This document shows, piece by piece, positions 1 to 13,860 of a stretch of 64,000 nt of DNA; the first letter of the stretch is position 1, and every line of letters starts with the position of its first letter. This DNA comes from the human T2T-CHM13v2.0 reference genome, Homo sapiens. The notes under the pieces are model-generated. The model worked only from the letters and a program-made list of their open reading frames with translations, ran no database searches and was not told where the DNA came from. Both the position numbers and the translations under genes were made by a program. The stretch is from NCBI GenBank assembly GCA_009914755.4, contig CP068257.2, forward strand, positions 30,720,001 to 30,784,000. Reading direction: 5' to 3'.

Positions 1-256
1 ATGCCTGCAATCCCAGCACTGTGGGAGGCTGAGGCAGGCAGATCACTGTGAGCCCAGGAGTTTGAGACCAGCCTGACCAACATGGTGAGAACCCATCTCT
101 TCAAAAAACACAAAAATTAGCTGGGAATGGTGGTGCATGCCTGTAGTCCCAGCTACTTGAAAGGCTGAGAGGTTGGAGGGTGGCTTGAGTCCACTGAGGT
201 CAAGGCTGTAGTGAGCTATGATGCGCCACTGCACTCCAGACTTGGTGACAAAAAAA
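1..256 (+). mobile_element. Alu (5' truncated by window edge)
   Basis: Alu right arm and A-tail (241-249). Confidence 0.85.
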
Positions 257-535
257 ACAAAGGCCCGGCAGGGCTGCCAACCCATTCTACTGTAGGAAGG
301 GCTCTGTCTTGACCAGGCTGCCCTGAAAACAAAGTCAGGCTGACCTGGCTCCCATGGGCAGGGCTGAGGGACATGAAGAGTTTGCAGCTGAGGTCTGGAC
401 AGAACAGCACTTAAACTGCCTCTGCAGTGAGTTCCAGGGAGCAAGAGTGTGCTGGGCTGTGGGCCCGACTCAGAGAAGGCTTAGCTCTCTGGTGGCAGAG
501 CTCTGAAGCCTGTGGAGGATGGGGGCAACGCTGAC

Positions 536-754
536 CTGGCCGAAGTTCTCCACAGTGCTCCGCAGGTAGAGCAACACCTGCTTGGCCGCGAGCAGGACCT
601 GCTGCATGGACAGGTGTGGCATGGTGGCCTGCAGCTGCACCTGGATGTGCTCGTCCCGAAGCGCTTGGCTCTCGTAGGCTGCCTGCAGCAGGGCTGTGAA
701 GGACGAGGCCAAGGGAAGGGCAGGGGGCGAGGGGCTGCCCTGTGCCTGCAGCAG
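536..754 (-). CDS. URB1: URB1 coding exon 19 (219 nt)
   Basis: Acceptor ttgctgtctccctcag|CTGCTG and donor GGCCAG|GTCAGC. Encodes LLQAQGSPSPPALPLASSFTALLQAAYESQALRDEHIQVQLQATMPHLSMQQVLLAAKQVLLYLRSTVENFGQ, in ORF 470..862. The gene continues beyond the window start. Confidence 0.8.
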
Positions 755-2541
755 CTGAGGGAGACAGCAAAAGGCCGGGGAAGAGAAAGACACATCACCA
801 CAGATGAAAACGGTCATAGGCACAGGTAACACACAACAAACGGACATTTCACAAAGAAGCACATGCTGAGATAAGACTAACGAATACGGGACCGTGTGGC
901 ATTTTACTTCAGTAGAGTAAGTTCTCGTACCATGTCATGCGTACTTTCCTAGAGCGTTTCCACTGACCACATGTGAAGGCCCAAATTCATGCTGCATCTA
1001 CACCCCTTGGAGAACAAGGCAGAAGCCTGTCCCACAGGCAGGAGCCACGTGTGACAGAGGCAGGATGTGAATCACAAGAATCACTAGAAAGGGGGAAATC
1101 AGCCCACAGAGAAGCCCGCTCTGCGAGTGGCCTGCCTTCGGAAGACCTTCCCCAGGAGCTGCGGGTCGAATATCTTGTTAGAAGGACAGAAGATGGGCAG
1201 AACACAGAGAAATTTCTGGAGCCCTTCTGCCTCAAACTGAAGTTATTCATTTCTTCTAACATTACTACCAAGCTGCCTTCTTTATTTACTCCACGTGGCT
1301 TATGTTGCTATAATTCCATTTGACTTCCTTAGGCTAATAAAACCCAAGGCTGTAACATGCCCTGAAACTTGGTGGTTGTCAGTGTTCCCCAGGCCTGCAG
1401 CAGCATGTGTGAAATGCAAATTCTCAGGCTCCACCCAGACCTGCCGGGCCAGACACTGTGGCTGGAACCCGGCAGTCCAGTTTGAAAAGGCCCTCTGGGG
1501 AATTCCGACACACCTTGGAGGGTGAGAACCACTGCTAAGTCTTATTCCACAGAAGGTGGACACCCACTCCAAGCAACCACGAGGGGCAGGACAGAACCTC
1601 TAATACTGCCACATAAGTTGCTGTCTGGCTATCACTGTGGCCTACGTGTGGGGGAAGGTGGCAACATTATGGGTCAGGGCTCTGGAGCCAGACTGCCTGG
1701 GCCAAATCCTGACTCCGCCACTGACTGGTGTTGGAACCGCTCTGGGCCTCGGTTTCCCCATATGCATAAAGGATGGTGAGAGTCCCGGCCTACTTCTCAG
1801 AGTTACAGTAAGGATTAAACGGCCAAAAATACACATAGTACACTTAGTACAGGACCCGGTATGCCTCCAAAAAACACACAGAAAACATGCAATCGCTGTT
1901 GGCTATTGCTACCAATATCACAAGATAAGGAGGGTCTAAACTGACTGCTTTTTCGAATGCAGCTAAAATGAAATGAATGCACAAAAATGCATACCACAAA
2001 TTTCGTGCCCCACACAGCATTGTAAATACCCTGCACATTGGAGCCAGAATCCCATTAAGAGAATGTAGTCCCCAGCAAAAGAAAATATACTTTTTCCTTT
2101 CCTTCCCCAACTTTAACAGAAGAGACCCTGCTGGAGGCCTTGAGGGGCCATGTGTGACAGCTGAGCACAGTTTGTCTAGGGCCATGCTAAGGTCCGCAGA
2201 GGAGAGCCAGGAGACAAGCACGCACAGATAACAAGGTAAGGAAAAAAAGGAAGAGGCAACGCTCCTGCCCCAGGCTGGAAGAGGAATTAACCTATTATCA
2301 TTATCAGGGAGCCAATGGGGAATTTAATTTGGCTGCATCACTGAGTCCTGTGTGTTCAGTTATGTTAGCTGAGCACCAGGGATACTACTTAGCTTCCTCT
2401 CTTATGCAGGGGACTTTAGGGTAAGAAATTTCACCCTGCAGGCTGTCTGGCTACCCAACTGCACAGCTGTGGCCCAGCCAGCTGGGACCCTGGGAAGAAC
2501 CCTGCACAGCAGCAGTGACCACAGCTGTGGCTGCAGCTCAC

Positions 2542-2738
2542 CCAGGCCTCTCGGGCTTGCTCCGGGATCCAGAGGCTGTAGTATCTGTTAAACCGTGAGA
2601 GCTGCTGGCAGCAAGGCACCAGGCATGGAGGCTCAAGCTTATCATATGCCTGGAGCAGGAGACACAGAGCCAGGGGGTCCCTCTGGGTGTGGAGGAGGTC
2701 AGTCAGCACTGCCGTCAGATATGTCACAACGTTTTCCG
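2542..2738 (-). CDS. URB1: URB1 coding exon 18 (197 nt)
   Basis: Acceptor ctcgttcctttgcag|CGGAAA and donor GCCTGG|GTGAGC. Encodes (A)ENVVTYLTAVLTDLLHTQRDPLALCLLLQAYDKLEPPCLVPCCQQLSRFNRYYSLWIPEQAREAW, in ORF 2431..2820. Confidence 0.8.
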
Positions 2739-3764
2739 CTGCAAAGGAACGAGATGCATATGGGAAGAGGCTGGCTGGGCCCACCCTTCTGTGACCTACC
2801 AACACCACCTTCTTCCACATACAGGCAAGACCCTGAAAAATTCATGCAACTCCATGAGGGGACACATAACCACAGGGAAGGAATTGCTACTACTGGAGAC
2901 TGTACTAGGCTCTGTTTTATTAAACATATACAGCAAAGTCAGACATCCACTCCCGAGGCCCAGGAGTGAAGACCCAGGCATGTAAAAGGCCAGGCAAAAG
3001 CTACCTGGGACCAGGACTTGCTAGGTGCTCACCAATCCGTTTACTGTGCCTCGGCACACAAGCCTCTCTTGCGTGTAGGCTGGGACCACATGCCTGGTTA
3101 GTCACTTCCAGGCCATAACACCCCTTGCTTGACTGTCCACCCTTTCCAGTTCCCTTTCCATGGTGATCTTGGAAGCCATAAATTGAGATGGCATAGCTAC
3201 AAAACGGGAGCAGCCTGAATCCCTGACCAACCTCCTAAAGGACAGCCAACCAGAAGAGCCACCTGGCCTGTACTGGACCACAGCATGGTCTAGAAACAGA
3301 CCCTTATTTATTAAACTACTGACAAGTCAGGGCTTATTTGTTACTGCAGCAAAGCCTGAGTTCTCCCAACCAATCATGCTACTATAATCTGTGAGCACTT
3401 CCTTGGGTCTAAGTTGCCTGGAAAATCCAACAAGTATGAAGGATTCATCCTCTACATCAACGTATCAAGAATAAATGTTGACGAAAAAACATCAACGTTA
3501 CAGAGGCTGTCTGGGCAGCCAGGCAAACACATTATTTCAGACTCATGCTCAAATGACCAATTTCCCAAAAGCCTAGCCAGCCCCAAGATCCCTCCCACTG
3601 TGCTCCTAGCTCTGCTGGCTGGGTAGCTATCACTCTGGGGGTTCTGACCTCCTATTGCCCTGGATTCTCAGCAATTGATCCCAGAGCCCCTGGAATCCCA
3701 CCTCCCACCCTGCACAGACTAGCTGGCCAGGTGCAGCCAAGACATCCTGACTATACATAGGTAC

Positions 3765-3935
3765 CTGCTTCATTGCCTGTCCCAAGGAGCAACTTATTCC
3801 TGGCTTCCAGGGCCGCAGGGACTACCGCACTGAATGGGAACGTGAGCAGGATCATGTCTTCACTCAACGTGAACCCTATTTCCTCATCCAAGCCTTCACT
3901 GCCCTCCACCAGGACATCCACCATGTCGAGAACAT
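3765..3935 (-). CDS. URB1: URB1 coding exon 17 (171 nt)
   Basis: Acceptor ctctttctgtctcag|ATGTTC and donor GAAGCAG|GTACCT. Encodes (D)VLDMVDVLVEGSEGLDEEIGFTLSEDMILLTFPFSAVVPAALEARNKLLLGTGNEA, in ORF 3751..4071. Confidence 0.8.
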
Positions 3936-4690
3936 CTGAGACAGAAAGAGGAGAATCCAGCTGATGTGAGAGCCACTGAAGGGTTTCACTGCAAATACCC
4001 ACAGGGAGGCAGAAGCAGAATACGTGCAAAAAGAAAAAAGCCAAATTCCTCTTGGGGGGAGCATTTAACATAGTTTGACCCTAAACAGACAAAAACATTG
4101 CCTATGAAATCTTTTGTATCTTTGTCTGATAAAATGCAGGATATTCAGCTGAGGTGGTAATAGGTTGAAGTTTCCTCAAGTGACACAAGAAGCCCAGGAA
4201 CTTTAACCCAGATATTCAGGCAAACAAGCCAAAATCTGAGAGGCAAAATAGTGTGAGGGTTAAAGCACAGGCCAGAGCCAGAGTACCTGCGTTCTAATCC
4301 TGACTTTGCTATGTAGTAGCTGTATGAGCTTGAGCAAGTTATTATACTAAACCTCTCTGTGCCCCAGCCGCTTTATCTCTATATAAAATGAGTAGAATAA
4401 TAATACTCTTTTCTCTTGGGGTTGCTTATGAGATTTACATGAGTTAGAACTTAAAAAGAGCTTAAAACCCTACCTGGCACCCAGTAAATACTATGCAAAT
4501 AAAACAACAAGTGTTTCCCATTACATGAACACATAAGGAGATTATTTCCAGAACAGGCTGGTCTTTGCTGCAAAGGGACTGTGTGCACTTGGCCTAGGGC
4601 ATTAGTGCAGTTCTTGTTCTCAATCTCTTAACACGTCACTGTGGCTTGGTCTTCAGACCTCTGAGCAGCGCAGAACAGAATGGAACATAC

Positions 4691-4829
4691 CGTCAATGTG
4701 GGAGATGGGAATGCTCATGTCATCGGCTTCTTGCTTCGTCATAGTGGCCTGCAGCATGCTTGCTTCTTGGACAAAGTCAGATGCTTTGTCTGTGTATGAA
4801 TAGGGATTCGCCACCAATGTCAATAAAAT
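4691..4829 (-). CDS. URB1: URB1 coding exon 16 (139 nt)
   Basis: Acceptor ctttaatgcccag|ATTTTA and donor GACG|GTATGT. Encodes ILLTLVANPYSYTDKASDFVQEASMLQATMTKQEADDMSIPISHID, in ORF 4653..4859. Phase 1 out. Confidence 0.8.
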
Positions 4830-5280
4830 CTGGGCATTAAAGAGCCAAATAGAAAGCATTCAGATGGTCACAGGTGAAATGAAGAAGCCAAAAAATGTCA
4901 CTGGTCAAAATCAAGGCAAGTGATAATATGTTCAATCCTTAATTAGAATAGTTTTACTATGAAATTGGGCCTAAACTTTTTATTGTGGAGTTAAAAAAAA
5001 ATCTCCTTTTACTATAGCACTGCTTTTAATACCACTTTTGGTTTACCTATTCCCCTATGCAAAAACAAATTCCCAAAAGGAAATGAAACAGCATGCTGTA
5101 ATATATACGTATTTTACAGATTCTAAAACTATGTAGATTCTGAAGTCTCAGCAAGAATTAGGAAGTAAGCCAGGACGAGAAGCCTTTTGGTGCTGGTGCA
5201 TCAAAAATGCCTCGATGACGCTAAGAAGTTAATATAATTATCTCTGAGCATGTTCCTTTATGTGGGAAATATGTGCTTAC

Positions 5281-5851
<571 letters not shown>

Positions 5852-5930
5852 TAGTCTTTCAACATAACATCCCCAATTGTTGAGGGAAACAAGCAAATCA
5901 TTCTATGCTCTCTCAAAGACAATATAATCT

Positions 5931-6238
5931 GGCCAGGCATAGGGGCTCATGCCTGTAATCTCAGCACTTCAGGAGACTGAGGTGTGAGAATTGCTTGAGC
6001 TCAGGAGCTTGAGATCAGCGGAGGCAACATAGTTGAGACTCTGCCTCTACAGCAAATAGTAATTAAAAAAGTAGCCGGGTTAGTGGTGGTGCGCACACAT
6101 GTGGCCCTAGATACTCAGGAGGCTTAGTTGGGAGGATCACTTGAGCCCAGAAGGTCAAGATGGCAGTGAACCGTGATTGTAGCAGTGCACAGCAGCGTGG
6201 ATGACAGAGCGAGAGCCTGTCTCAAACAAACAAAAAAG
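5931..6238 (+). mobile_element. Alu
   Basis: ggccaggcat..consensus arms..A-rich tail. Confidence 0.9.
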
Positions 6239-7575
6239 ACAATATGATCCCTTCTCTCAAGGCTACTTATCGTTTATCCTCATTTCCTAAATAAAAAGAA
6301 GGGAAAAAATTTGGCTGCTACTTAGGAGCCAAAGACCTCTGGATTTTCACAAAGACCCAGGTAAATGTGTAAAACTTGACCCCTCACAGCTACTCAACCC
6401 TTAGCCTGTATGAAATTCTCCAAGGTCACGAGCCAGTCACATCATATCACTTCAAATGCAGACCTCAAGACTCACTATTCCAACAGAAGAGAAACTGGTA
6501 TGAGGCAGGACTTGAATGTGCAGAAGTGACGAAATGATTTCCCTAAATGGTCTGAAAGCAGAAACTCAGAGTCTAAGAGGCCTCACGGCACAGAGCCCTG
6601 CAACAGCATGCACCAAAGGAAAGCCTGACTGTGCCAATTTCACCTATTTGCAGTCAGTGATCACGAAATCTGGCTGGGGTCAGGTTCACAACTGCACTAC
6701 CTGGAAGGAAATGGCAACCTATGGAGGTCAAGACTTAGACTGCCACATTCTTTAAGCAGCTCAAGAGAGAAGGCTGTAAGTGTAGCAAGGTTATCAGCAT
6801 TTCAAATAAAAGTGAAAGGTCAAACCTCTGTACCCTAAACATAGTGCATCCCCCAAGCTGTTTGTTGCAGAGCAGAAATGAGGACTAGATGTCCTACTGC
6901 TATCATAAGACCTGACATAGCTCTGGAAACATGAGTATCAAGGACAAAACAAGATAAGGAAATAAATTCCTATTCTCTTCCACTGGCTTTGATGACCCAT
7001 GTGCTGTGGGTGATGGATTCTGGCAAAAAGGCTGAAAGCCCTGGATAACGCCGGAGCCTGAGAAGGAGGAAAGAGGCACTGCCTAATAAACACCAAGAAG
7101 CCAAAATTTAGTATTGAGCCTACAACAAGCTAGAAATGACCTACCTAAAAAAAAAAAAAAAAACATTTTTCCAATGCACCAGGCTGCCTCCCAGGAATGT
7201 AGCTAAGTGTAAGACACAATAAATTAAACTGCCATAAAACCTTCTATTTTAAAACTAAAAACAATTCCAATACCTCCTGAATTCAATAACTGTTAACTAA
7301 ACACTTACCATAAGGAAGATCTATACAAAATGCTTTTCAGAGTTAGAAACTGGTAGAAAATGCTCACCTTCATGATCAGAAGTTTGGTCAATGACTTCAG
7401 TTGTAAATGGCTACTGGTCACAAACATTTTCATTAGTAAGTAAAATACTGATCGTTCACCTCCAATAATTTCTGCATCTGGGCCTTCCTAGAGTTTAAAC
7501 AATATTACGTATTTTTAGTATATATAATTACATATATAATTTTAATATATAGTTATATATTAGAAACATACCATG

Positions 7576-7878
<303 letters not shown>

Positions 7879-9626
7879 ATAACGTAGCAGGAGCCATCAC
7901 TTGCTGAACACACAGTATGCTGCCAGGTCCTTACCTCATCTCATTTTAACCACAATTTGGCAGGAAGAGTAGCAAGAGTAAGCACAGGTAGCCCTGTTCC
8001 TGTGCTGGAGCCGTCCCAGGGGCCCAGCTTACACTGACTCACTGAATCCTCCCAACACCCCTGTGAGGTGGGTACAGCTGCTACCCTATTTTACATATAT
8101 GGAAACTGAGGCACTGGGAAGGCACCTGGCTGTTTACTGGGAACCAAGGCAGATGCTGTGCTGTCTGGTGGATGGTGAGCAGGAGGGACCCCAGGCTGTC
8201 TGAGTCCATCAAATGATGTCCTTGTTACTTTCATCACGATGCCAGTGCTGATAGAACGGATTGCTTATGCATAATTTATCCTCCTCAAAAGGCTTTTGGG
8301 CTTTGAACAAGTCTTCAACAAGTACATGGAGCTCCAGATCCCCAATTCAAACTCTACTGAGCCTGTGTGTCTCACTACAGCCCTTGGCAATGAGGACAAC
8401 CCTGAAAATGGTGAGGTGCTGGTTAGCTTAGGCAGAGCCAGCAGATATAAGCATAAGGTGGGGCGCAGGATATAAATTCACACCAGCTCTTTCAAATTAT
8501 GAGGCCTCTGTTCACTTTCCAACTAAATTATCAAGATCCCATGAGCCTAGTTGAGCTGGAGTGAAAACCAATCAGCAATGCCCGAGCCTGTCACCTCCCC
8601 AGGACTGGTGGCAATGAACTCACATCTCAGTGGAATGGTGGCAAGCAGAGCTCTAGGCAGCACCGCCTGGGTCCCATCCTGGACCCACCACTCATGGACA
8701 GGACCCTGCAGAAGGTTCTGACACACTGTGCCCAGCTGCCTTGTCTTTAAGTAACGTGAAACGAGCAGCCACATGAAGCACCCGTAACCTGCCCAGCATG
8801 CGAGTAAGTTCTCAGTAAGAATGATCCTCAGCTACGATGCAGGGAAGCCTCAGAACGGGGACTCGAGGGAGAGACACATAGTCCCAGAGGCACAGCATTC
8901 TTAAGTCTTCCTGGAAATGTCGCGTGTAGAAATGCCAACATACATTTCCATACTACTGGTTCCATATAAGATCTAAGTCATTAAAAAGTACATCAGCTCA
9001 GATTATAAGAAACACTTGGACAATGATTAATTTTGCTTGATAATGTTCCCTCCTCCTCTTTGCATAGAAATGATGCAGCATCCTGGGCTTAAGCCCAGCA
9101 TAAATATACGTGGCATCCTGAGCTTCCCTTTATGATTTAACATTATGTTCTCCAAAAAGTTCTGGTAGATATTTTATTAAAGACCTAGAAAAAAATGCTG
9201 GCAATGTCTACTGATTCTTCCACCAGCCTCAACCCTCTCCTGACTTGGTTATCTATTCTCATCTCGTCTTTAATTCTTCCAGGATGAGGACAAAAGAAAA
9301 GGAATGTATTTTATTTTGTTTATTATTTAAAAATGAGAAAAATGTAAAATGTAAAACAGTTGAGATAAACAAGAAACTCCCTGGACCCAGCAATGTATCT
9401 GCAGCAAGGACATGTTAAGCACCATATTTTACAAAAGCAAGCAGGTTCCCAGGCCTCCTGGTTCATGAATCAGGACCTCTGCTGTGGGTCTCTCTAAAAT
9501 GAGAACTGTTAACCTCTTCCGTCTTGCCCCGTCAGGTTCTGAGCCAATTAGCAATTCATCAGGCCAAGAAGCCACCCGGCCCAGCAGGTAAGCTTAGGGC
9601 AGAAGACTGGGAGTTCTGCTTCCTAC

Positions 9627-9739
9627 CTGTGCCTTTAACCACAGAAACTTGCTGGCCGGCAGCTCCAGGGCCACCTTCAGCATGTGGTGCTGCAGAATGG
9701 GAGGCACCTCCTCTCGAAGGCCCTGCTCAGAGATGACAC
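9627..9739 (-). CDS. URB1: URB1 coding exon 14 (113 nt)
   Basis: Acceptor ctctttttcacccatag|GTGTCA and donor CACAG|GTAGGA. Encodes (G)VISEQGLREEVPPILQHHMLKVALELPASKFLWLKAQ, the C-terminal part of ORF 9594..10142. Confidence 0.8.
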
Positions 9740-10837
9740 CTATGGGTGAAAAAGAGGCAGGCTGAAAAAAGTCACATGGACGTGGGTGCCCAACAATTGC
9801 TGCCCTGGCCAGAAGGACAAGGAACTCACCATGGAGAAAGAAAAAGGGTGGATGCAGGGTTCTGTTTCTCTGTCCTGTGCTCACCCTCACATGGCACATC
9901 TCGCCTGATGTACCCCCACGCCCTGGTCTGTCCAAATCTTCCAACAAAAAGCCCAAATCCCACTTGCCTGAAGAAGCCCTCCCATGCCACACAGCCCACA
10001 CTGACCCCAAACAGCTGGAATCAGGCACCCACCAAGTGCCCTCCAGGGGTAGGCTCTCGCTAACATTCTCCCTGACTCCCCAGACAGCAAGCATTTTGTG
10101 GACAGAGACTGCAGCCACCTGCACCTGAGATTGGGTTCTCATCCTCTAGCCGGCTCTCTGGGCTTCTCCTTTGCTACCAAATACTAAATGGCCACATTCT
10201 AGTAAATTTCATATTTCCACAGCAAAGAGAACTTTTCACCTTCAAATGATTAAAAAGTGAATTGCAGCTTTTGAAAAGGAGTATTTCAATAGCTCATATA
10301 AATTCCAAGAATGATATTTTTGCAAGTCTTCTCCCATAGGCCCAATTATAAAGTGGATCAGACAAACTTTACCATCCAGGAAACATGACCAGACAAGCAT
10401 TGTTACTTTTACAAGTTTGAACCTGACTCAGTGGGGTAAAAGATGAAGTAACTATGTCAAAAGTGTCTCTGCATAAACAGGATGTCCCTTCTGCAGGCCC
10501 CTCATTTCTGCTACACCCTCTGCAACCCTGCTCCCTTGAAAAGTGACTTTAGAGTTAACGTCACATGATCGGATTTGTGGGCCATTCATGTAGGTTGCTC
10601 AGCACTCAGAAGCTGGCTGGCTTCTTCCATTGTTCTCACTGCTACCAGGTGTTCATCTGATATTTACTTAAGGAAGACCAGCTATTTAAAAAATACTGAT
10701 GCAAGTACAATTTCTCAGGCTGACGGATGAGCACGCAGCCAACCGTCCACCAGCCTTCCTGATTCTTGGCTGCAGGGCTCTGCTCTGGTTTATTGGCAGC
10801 AACAGTGGCGGCTTGTCTGCAAGACCTTGAAACCCAC

Positions 10838-10954
10838 CTTTCAGGAGCTTGCTGAAGTCAAAGTTGTACTGCATGACCACGTGGGGGACCACCTTCTGGT
10901 AGAGGCATATGACCTGGAGCAAAACAGCTTTCAAAAGAATGGTTTCTGCATCAT
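10838..10954 (-). CDS. URB1: URB1 coding exon 13 (117 nt)
   Basis: Acceptor tttttttgtgcag|ATGATG, directly downstream of a (TTTC)n tract in transcript sense. Donor AAAG|GTGGGT. Encodes (D)DAETILLKAVLLQVICLYQKVVPHVVMQYNFDFSKLLK, in ORF 10686..11126. Confidence 0.8.
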
Positions 10955-10960
10955 CTGCAC

Positions 10961-10991
10961 AAAAAAAAGAAAAAGAAAGAAAAAGAGAAAA

Positions 10992-11059
<68 letters not shown>

Positions 11060-11062
11060 AAA
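10961..11062. repeat. (GAAA)n tetranucleotide microsatellite, about 20 units, mostly perfect
   Basis: A direct run of gaaa units on the plus strand. It is (TTTC)n in URB1 pre-mRNA, immediately 5' of the exon 13 acceptor. Confidence 0.95.
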
Positions 11063-11747
11063 TAGCTTGAATTAGAAAACATACTGGTTCTTTGTCCTTG
11101 AGCAGCTGAACCAAGTGTGGCACCACACTGCAGCCAACTGCATGCTGTACACCGAGGCTGCAGACAGACTGCTCAGTACCTAGATCTAATGAGTCAATGT
11201 GGTAAAAACGTTAAAACTGTTCAGGGGGTCTGGGTTAAAACCTCATTTCACTGCTGTGACCTTAGACAGGTTCTGGTCACTCTGTCTCCCTGTGCTTTCG
11301 TGTCTTCATCTGAGCAACAGGGACATACAGCAGGGCCTACCCTTGCAGGGCTGCCGAAAGGATGAAATACGATACAGACATAAGACACAAACCTCAATGC
11401 CTGACCAACAACAAGGCTCTGAGCTCTATCTGCAAACCAAGAGACAGCACCCCCATACTGTCATCCCTGGAAAGGCCAGAGCACATGGCACCCAACACTC
11501 AAGTCTTCAGAGAGACACAGTGCTCGCATAAAGATGGGCACGTTTCTAACAGATACTAAAATTCAATCTATGATTCCTTTCCAATTCTTCTCCCTAAGCA
11601 AAAAAGGATATAGACACATTCACAGCCAGAGGTGCCTTGAAACAAAAACTGCTCCAGGACTCTCTGGATAGGAGCTATCCTAGGCTGCCAGTGTCAGCTC
11701 TGTCCCATGCAAAAGGCAGAGGGTCCCCCTCACCCCTGAGACCTTAC

Positions 11748-11877
11748 CGCACTGGTGAGCATCGCAGGCAGCCGGGGGCCCATCGCTCCTTTTCTGCCCT
11801 TTCTTGTCATCCTGTTTGGTCTCTTGCTTTTTAAGTGACTGCCAGACCCACACGACAGTGTTCAGGTCTGGCAAAAT
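11748..11877 (-). CDS. URB1: URB1 coding exon 12 (130 nt)
   Basis: Acceptor ttttcccatttag|ATTTTG and donor GTGCG|GTAAGG. Encodes ILPDLNTVVWVWQSLKKQETKQDDKKGQKRSDGPPAACDAHQC, in ORF 11680..11874. Phase 1 out. Confidence 0.8.
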
Positions 11878-12066
11878 CTAAATGGGAAAAAGAAGCAGAA
11901 CATTAGTTGTAGTCAACCACAAAGGGAGACAAATGAACTGAACACATTAACAAGATACAAAAAACAGGGAGGGGGGTGCGAGTCTAGAGGAGTGCGTGTA
12001 AGAAGGAGAGGGAAGAGTGGTGAGAAAACAGGCCCAAATCCACATAAGCTCTGCTCTGCAGTATAA

Positions 12067-12363
12067 TTTTTTTTTTTTTGAGATGGAGTCTCACTCTGTC
12101 GCCCAGGCTGGAGTGCAGTGGGGTGACCTCAGCTCACTGCAACCTCCGCCTCCCAGGTTCAAGTGATTCTCGTGCGTCAGCCACCTGAGTAGCTGGAACT
12201 ACAGGCACCCACCATCACATCCAGCTAATTTTTTGTATTTTTAGTAGAAGCAGGGTTTCACCATGTTGGCCAGGCTGGTCCTTGAACTCCTGACCTCAGG
12301 TGATCCACCCATCTCAGCCTCCCAAAGTGCTGGGATTACAGGTGTGAGCCACCGCGCCCAACC
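12067..12363 (-). mobile_element. Alu
   Basis: poly-T(11) head; ends gagccaccgcgcccaacc. Confidence 0.9.
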
Positions 12364-13011
12364 ATGTTCTGCAGTATAATTTCTAGAACTATACACAGTA
12401 AGGATTTGGTGAACAGGCAAGTGCTGATCATTAAAACGAACCCCTTAAACCTCATTCACCTAAGCAAAAGACACAGGGAACAAAGAAAGACTTTCTCAGG
12501 AGCAGCTCAGGGAAAGCTGCCCTGTGTAACTGGGGCTCTCAGAGCAGCCGGTCAGTTTACAGAAGCCTGGTCTTCAGCCATAGGAAGCAAGAGGGGCTTC
12601 CTGAGCCACTGCATCCCTTCTCACTGGGCCACAGTGTGGTCTATGTGTGTGCCTGCAGCCATGGGTGAGGGGTAAGGACACAATCTACCCCTCGACAACA
12701 TCACCACGGCTCCTGATTGAACATGAGGTCCCCACCAGAGACAGAACCCCTGTGAGAGAACACATGTATCGTCTAAATTCTTACTCTGCACAAGGACTTT
12801 GGGATCATGCTCTGTGACATCACTGCCTACAATCACAAGTGGCAGGTCTTCTCAGCTGACCCTCAGCACCCACGCTACCACACTGCCCACCGGCCTGTCC
12901 AACCCTGCGGCTCCAAGGACACATCACTTGGCTTCCACCCTAGGGCTGCAGAATGGCCTTTTCCACCTGGTGAGGTCTGGAAGGAAAGCCCAAACCCAGA
13001 TCAGAGCCTAC

Positions 13012-13185
13012 CTTGCTCAGGGCTTCTCTGAAGAGCTGCACGAATTCTTCCATCATCACAGCTGTGTACACGCCTGATTCCTGCCACACCTCTTTATTCA
13101 GGCAGTGGTCAACAGTTTTTAATGCCCTCTTCAAAATGACAGAAATAAGGGATAAGGCTGTGTGCCTCACTGAGGTGCTGTCCAA
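13012..13185 (-). CDS. URB1: URB1 coding exon 11 (174 nt)
   Basis: Acceptor ctttttcttcccag|TTGGAC and donor AGCAAG|GTAGGC. Encodes LDSTSVRHTALSLISVILKRALKTVDHCLNKEVWQESGVYTAVMMEEFVQLFREALSK, in ORF 12940..13230. Confidence 0.8.
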
Positions 13186-13536
13186 CTGGGAAGAAAAAGA
13201 GTTAAATGCACACATGTCTCTAGGATACACAGATTTGCTAAGCTATGGGCTTGGCTGGCATTTGCCCCTCCTCAGGTCACTCACAGGGAAAGCTGCATGA
13301 AACTGCTGGTCTCTACGCTCTGAGAAGAGGCGACCTGGGTACCTCGCCCTCCTGACATCCTCTGGGTCTGACTTCAGCAATTGCCAGGAAATGACCACTA
13401 ATGGTGGCATCCAGCAGTAGTTTCATTTTTATCATCTGCTCTTTGGTAAGCCTTGAGACAACCACTCAGCTACCATGAAAGTTCTCCATTAACAACAGAT
13501 CTCACCAGAACCCACTCTGCCACTATTTTTTTTTTG

Positions 13537-13860
13537 AGTCAGGGTCTCACTCTGTCGCCCAGGCTGGAGTGCAATGGTGCGATCATAGCTCACCGCAGCC
13601 TCAAGCTCCTGGGCTCAGGCAATCCTCCCGCCTCATCCTCCCAAGTAGCCAGGACTACAGGCACCTACTGCTTCTGGCTTTCTTTTTTTTTTTAAGAGAT
13701 GAGACTTAGTATGTTGCCCAGGCCGGCCTCAACCTTCTGGCCTCAAGCCAATCCTCCTGCCTCAGCCTCCCAAAGCACTGGGATTATGAGTGTGAACCAC
13801 TGTGCCTAGCCTTTTTTTTTTTCCTTTTGTAGAGGCAGGGTCTTGCTATGTTGCCCAGGA
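13537..13860 (-). mobile_element. Alu cluster (one Alu with an internal deletion or two fragments, plus a third 5' stub)
   Basis: Three poly-T heads, each followed by the reverse complement of the gagacagggtctc.. Alu right arm; a left arm ends ..gtgtgaaccactgtgcctagcc. Confidence 0.8.

Noticed and set aside
9594-10142. 182-aa minus ORF
   Set aside because: Only the last about 38 codons (exon 14, 9627-9739) are bounded by splice sites. The upstream part is intronic.
10686-11126. ORFs translating [10 protein letters not shown].. / KERKKERKKE..
   Set aside because: Pure translation of the (GAAA)n microsatellite; not coding.
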